A stretch of DNA of 64,000 nt from an uncultured delta proteobacterium. GTDB lineage: Bacteria; Desulfobacterota; RBG-13-43-22. Shown in pieces: positions 62,055 through 64,000 of the stretch; the stretch's first letter is position 1, and each line of letters opens with the position of its first letter. Both the position numbers and the translations under genes were made by a program. Below the pieces are notes generated by a model. It saw only the letters and a program-made list of their open reading frames with translations, did no database searches and was not told where the DNA came from. Where the stretch lies: the NCBI GenBank assembly GCA_963843145.1, contig CAWJJC010000021.1:64001-128000 (forward strand), in the 5' to 3' direction.

Positions 62055-62641
62055 ATCGTCTCGACTCCCTCGAGTCTGGCACCGGCGAAGAGCGTCGCGA
62101 GCTCCTCCGGGTGGCAGAGCGGGAAACGGACGCCTTCGTCCAGGCTCGAAGCGTCCGCATCAAGCTCGGTCGCGGCATCCCAGAAGAACCGCATGATCTC
62201 CATCTTCCCGGCGTAATCCCAGACGTACGCCACGATCATGCCACCCTTGCCCGTCACCCGCGCCATCTCGGCGAGAGCGGCTCGCTGATCGGGAACAAAG
62301 TTCAGGACCAGACCCGAGACCACGACATCGACCGACCCGTCACCGAGAGGAATCGCCGTCGCGCTGCCTTGGTAAAGCACCACCCGGCCCGCGAGATTCT
62401 CGGTTGCGGTCTTGAGAAATCCCTCCGAAGGTTCGACGCCAGCGACGGAGGACGGCGGGCAGCGGTCCACGGTCGCCGCGCACAGCGCCCCTGTACCGCA
62501 ACCCACATCCAGCCACTTCCGGCTGGCCGGAATTCCCAACCATGAGAGAAATGCTGGCGCGATTTGACGACTCCACCGGCCAACGTACTGCTCATAGGGG
62601 CTTCCGCGCTCCCAAGTTTCGGACACCTGTTTATGGGCCAT
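61997..62641 (-). CDS. class I SAM-dependent methyltransferase, apparently C-terminally truncated, reading into attC
   Basis: YEQYVGRWS, WLDVGCGTG, LVLNFVPD, YVWDY; last residues VNPALQRT... are translated attC. Confidence 0.8.
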   Translation of the reverse strand: MAHKQVSETWERGSPYEQYVGRWSRQIAPAFLSWLGIPASRKWLDVGCGTGALCAATVDRCPPSSVAGVEPSEGFLKTATENLAGRVVLYQGSATAIPLGDGSVDVVVSGLVLNFVPDQRAALAEMARVTGKGGMIVAYVWDYAGKMEIMRFFWDAATELDADASSLDEGVRFPLCHPEELATLFAGARLEGVETMVNPALQRTRQKRRVAELA

Positions 62642-62667
62642 TGCAAACCTCCTACGCGTCCATAGAT

Positions 62668-62757
62668 GCCCAATGCGGCGTTGACCCGTGGCACGCAGCT
62701 TGCGGGGCCGGAGGCTATGGAAGCAAGTGACATCGGTGTCCAATGGACTGGTTGGTG
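62668..62757 (-). other. attC-like site (90 bp)
   Basis: minus strand CACCAAC..TTGGAC......GTCAA..ATTGGGC; homolog of 48959-49048. Confidence 0.6.
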
Positions 62758-62787
62758 CCGCCAGCGACGGCGCCGGGCTGCTTGGTT

Positions 62788-63002
62788 GGGGTCGGACATA
62801 ATGCTGTTAACTTAAGGGTATTTCCCCTGCCTACAGCGTCACCCCGGCGAAAGCCGGGGTCCAGAAAGCCTGAAAAATCTGGATTCCGGCCATTCGACTA
62901 GGCTCATGGCCCTGAGTAAGCCGAAGGGCTTCCGCCGGAATGTCGGCAACGACTTAATTTTTGGACTAAATCTGTTAAGTTAACGGTATTAGGTCCGAGC
63001 CC
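62788..63002. mobile_element. MITE-like element with 28-bp imperfect TIRs (inner part IS4-like) and nested palindromes
   Basis: GGGGTCGGACATAATGCTGTTAACTTAA vs reverse complement GGGCTCGGACCTAATACCGTTAACTTAA (24/28). Confidence 0.75.
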
Positions 63003-63032
63003 GAATTTAGTCGTGGCCCTACCCTAATTTCC

Positions 63033-63089
63033 CATACGGCTCACCTGGAGCCGGCAATTTCGGCGATCAGGTGCAGCCGATGGTTATCC
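63033..63089 (-). other. attC-like site, R' lost
   Basis: minus strand GGATAAC-CATCGG-CTGCAC...GTGAG-CCGTAT-G; R'' overlaps the stop codon of the upstream gene. Confidence 0.7.
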
Positions 63090-63704
63090 ATCCTTTCCTT
63101 CTTTCTCAGCAATCATGCTTTCAATAGGCGTTTCTTTGAAAACACCGGCTAACTCTTCTTCGAGCCTCATTCGTTCTTCAAGAACTTTCCACATCATTTT
63201 CTTTGCCAACGCCTGGAAGACTTCCGTTGCATCTCTCGTCAAAGGGGCTGTGGTATCGTTTGCCCACGGCACCAGAAATTTTTTGTCTGCGATTGTCCAT
63301 ATCTCGGGTTGAAGGTCGATGGTTGAGGAGTCCGAATGGGCAAATGCGGTGTTTCGGTCGGACATCACCACCTCATGCATCTCCTTTTCAGCTTGAGATA
63401 GCCCTTTCAAAAGAGATACCGGAAGATCAGGGACCTTTTTTTCAACCCTCCTATCATTCCCGGAAAACGGTCGAGAGTAGGCGATGATCATTGCGCAATT
63501 GAAGGCCTCCAAGGGTCTGCAATCTTTAGAATCATGAAGTCTATTTCCGAGGATGTACGACGCGAAGTCATGCGCTTGCTTGAAGTCGCGACGAGAGATC
63601 AGTAACCTATAGAACTTTCGAAGCTTTCCTCTCAACTCGGGACCTATGTTCATATCTTTATGCTCCATTATGAACATTGGCTCTGCCATTCTATCCTCCT
63701 GCAT
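63084..63704 (-). CDS. hypothetical cassette-borne protein
   Basis: preceded by core site GTTAGCC (63721-63715); stop inside attC R''; IIAYSRPF and RNTAFAH (Rx4H, HEPN-like) motifs; start may be 63689 after GGAGG. Confidence 0.75.
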   Translation of the reverse strand: MQEDRMAEPMFIMEHKDMNIGPELRGKLRKFYRLLISRRDFKQAHDFASYILGNRLHDSKDCRPLEAFNCAMIIAYSRPFSGNDRRVEKKVPDLPVSLLKGLSQAEKEMHEVVMSDRNTAFAHSDSSTIDLQPEIWTIADKKFLVPWANDTTAPLTRDATEVFQALAKKMMWKVLEERMRLEEELAGVFKETPIESMIAEKEGKDG

Positions 63705-64000
63705 TCAGGTTCTTGGCTAACCCCCTGGAAGAGGAGAGCGCAAACGCGCGTCTTCTCGATCCCTTTGATGGGCAGGGACCCGCAAGACCTGATCTTGTTT
63801 ATATGACCCGACGTAGCCTAGAGGATGGGCCGCCGATATGTGGCCCATCGGAAAGGTAACAGGCATGGCAGTTTTTTTACCGTGTCCGGTTGGCGACAGG
63901 TTAGAAGATGGGCGCTCAGTCGCGCCTTTTGCAGATGATTACAATTTCATTCTTCAGCTTGTCTCCCAGAATTAATCGGCACAAGTCTGGCATCAGATCG

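Noticed and set aside
1-64000. CRISPR array or cas genes
   Set aside because: No regularly spaced direct repeats with unique spacers and no cas-like ORFs seen
63722-64000. Possible attI/intI start or gene end at the window edge
   Set aside because: No recognisable motif within the available sequence

Overview
64 kb of an anaerobic Desulfobacterota (deltaproteobacterial)-type chromosome; the taxon is inferred from gene content. (1) 1-6.5 kb: tRNA-Ala(CGC), hisB, an exported protein, hisA, rpsU, dnaG (1-nt frameshift), rpoD. (2) 6.5-28.6 kb: an accessory block between rpoD and tRNA(CAT). It holds two divergent RND efflux operons, an HtrA protease, a PTS Enzyme I fused to an N-terminal multi-TM sensor-like domain, and a Spy/CpxP-like gene. 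(3) 28.7-35.3 kb: core genes tRNA-Ile2, Nif3-like, Zn-ribbon, rnhA, rnpB, ispD, ispF, cysS, plus an SDR. (4) 35.4-51.4 kb: a PerR/Fur-headed redox-stress region with rubrerythrin, desulfoferrodoxin, 2-oxoacid:Fd oxidoreductase, an octaheme HAO-family cytochrome, rubredoxins missed by the ORF track, TlpA, Prx, ISF and YyaL. It ends with a UGA-recoded (selenocysteine) rhodanese-ferritin fusion with a SECIS-like hairpin. (5) 49-64 kb: an integrase-less, decayed integron-cassette-like zone with attC-like and attI-like sites. It includes two copies of a chimeric unit (DUF488 gene fused to the 3' tail of a IIC-attC group II intron), each abutting the inverse core site of a different minus-strand gene. 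Non-autonomous elements are scattered throughout: a MITE family with 19-bp TIRs, 6-bp TSDs and exchangeable hairpin cargo (one copy disrupts a gene), an IS4-like-ended MITE, REP-like palindromes, and a micro-element sitting in hairpin loops. All calls come from manual motif recognition; no searches were run.
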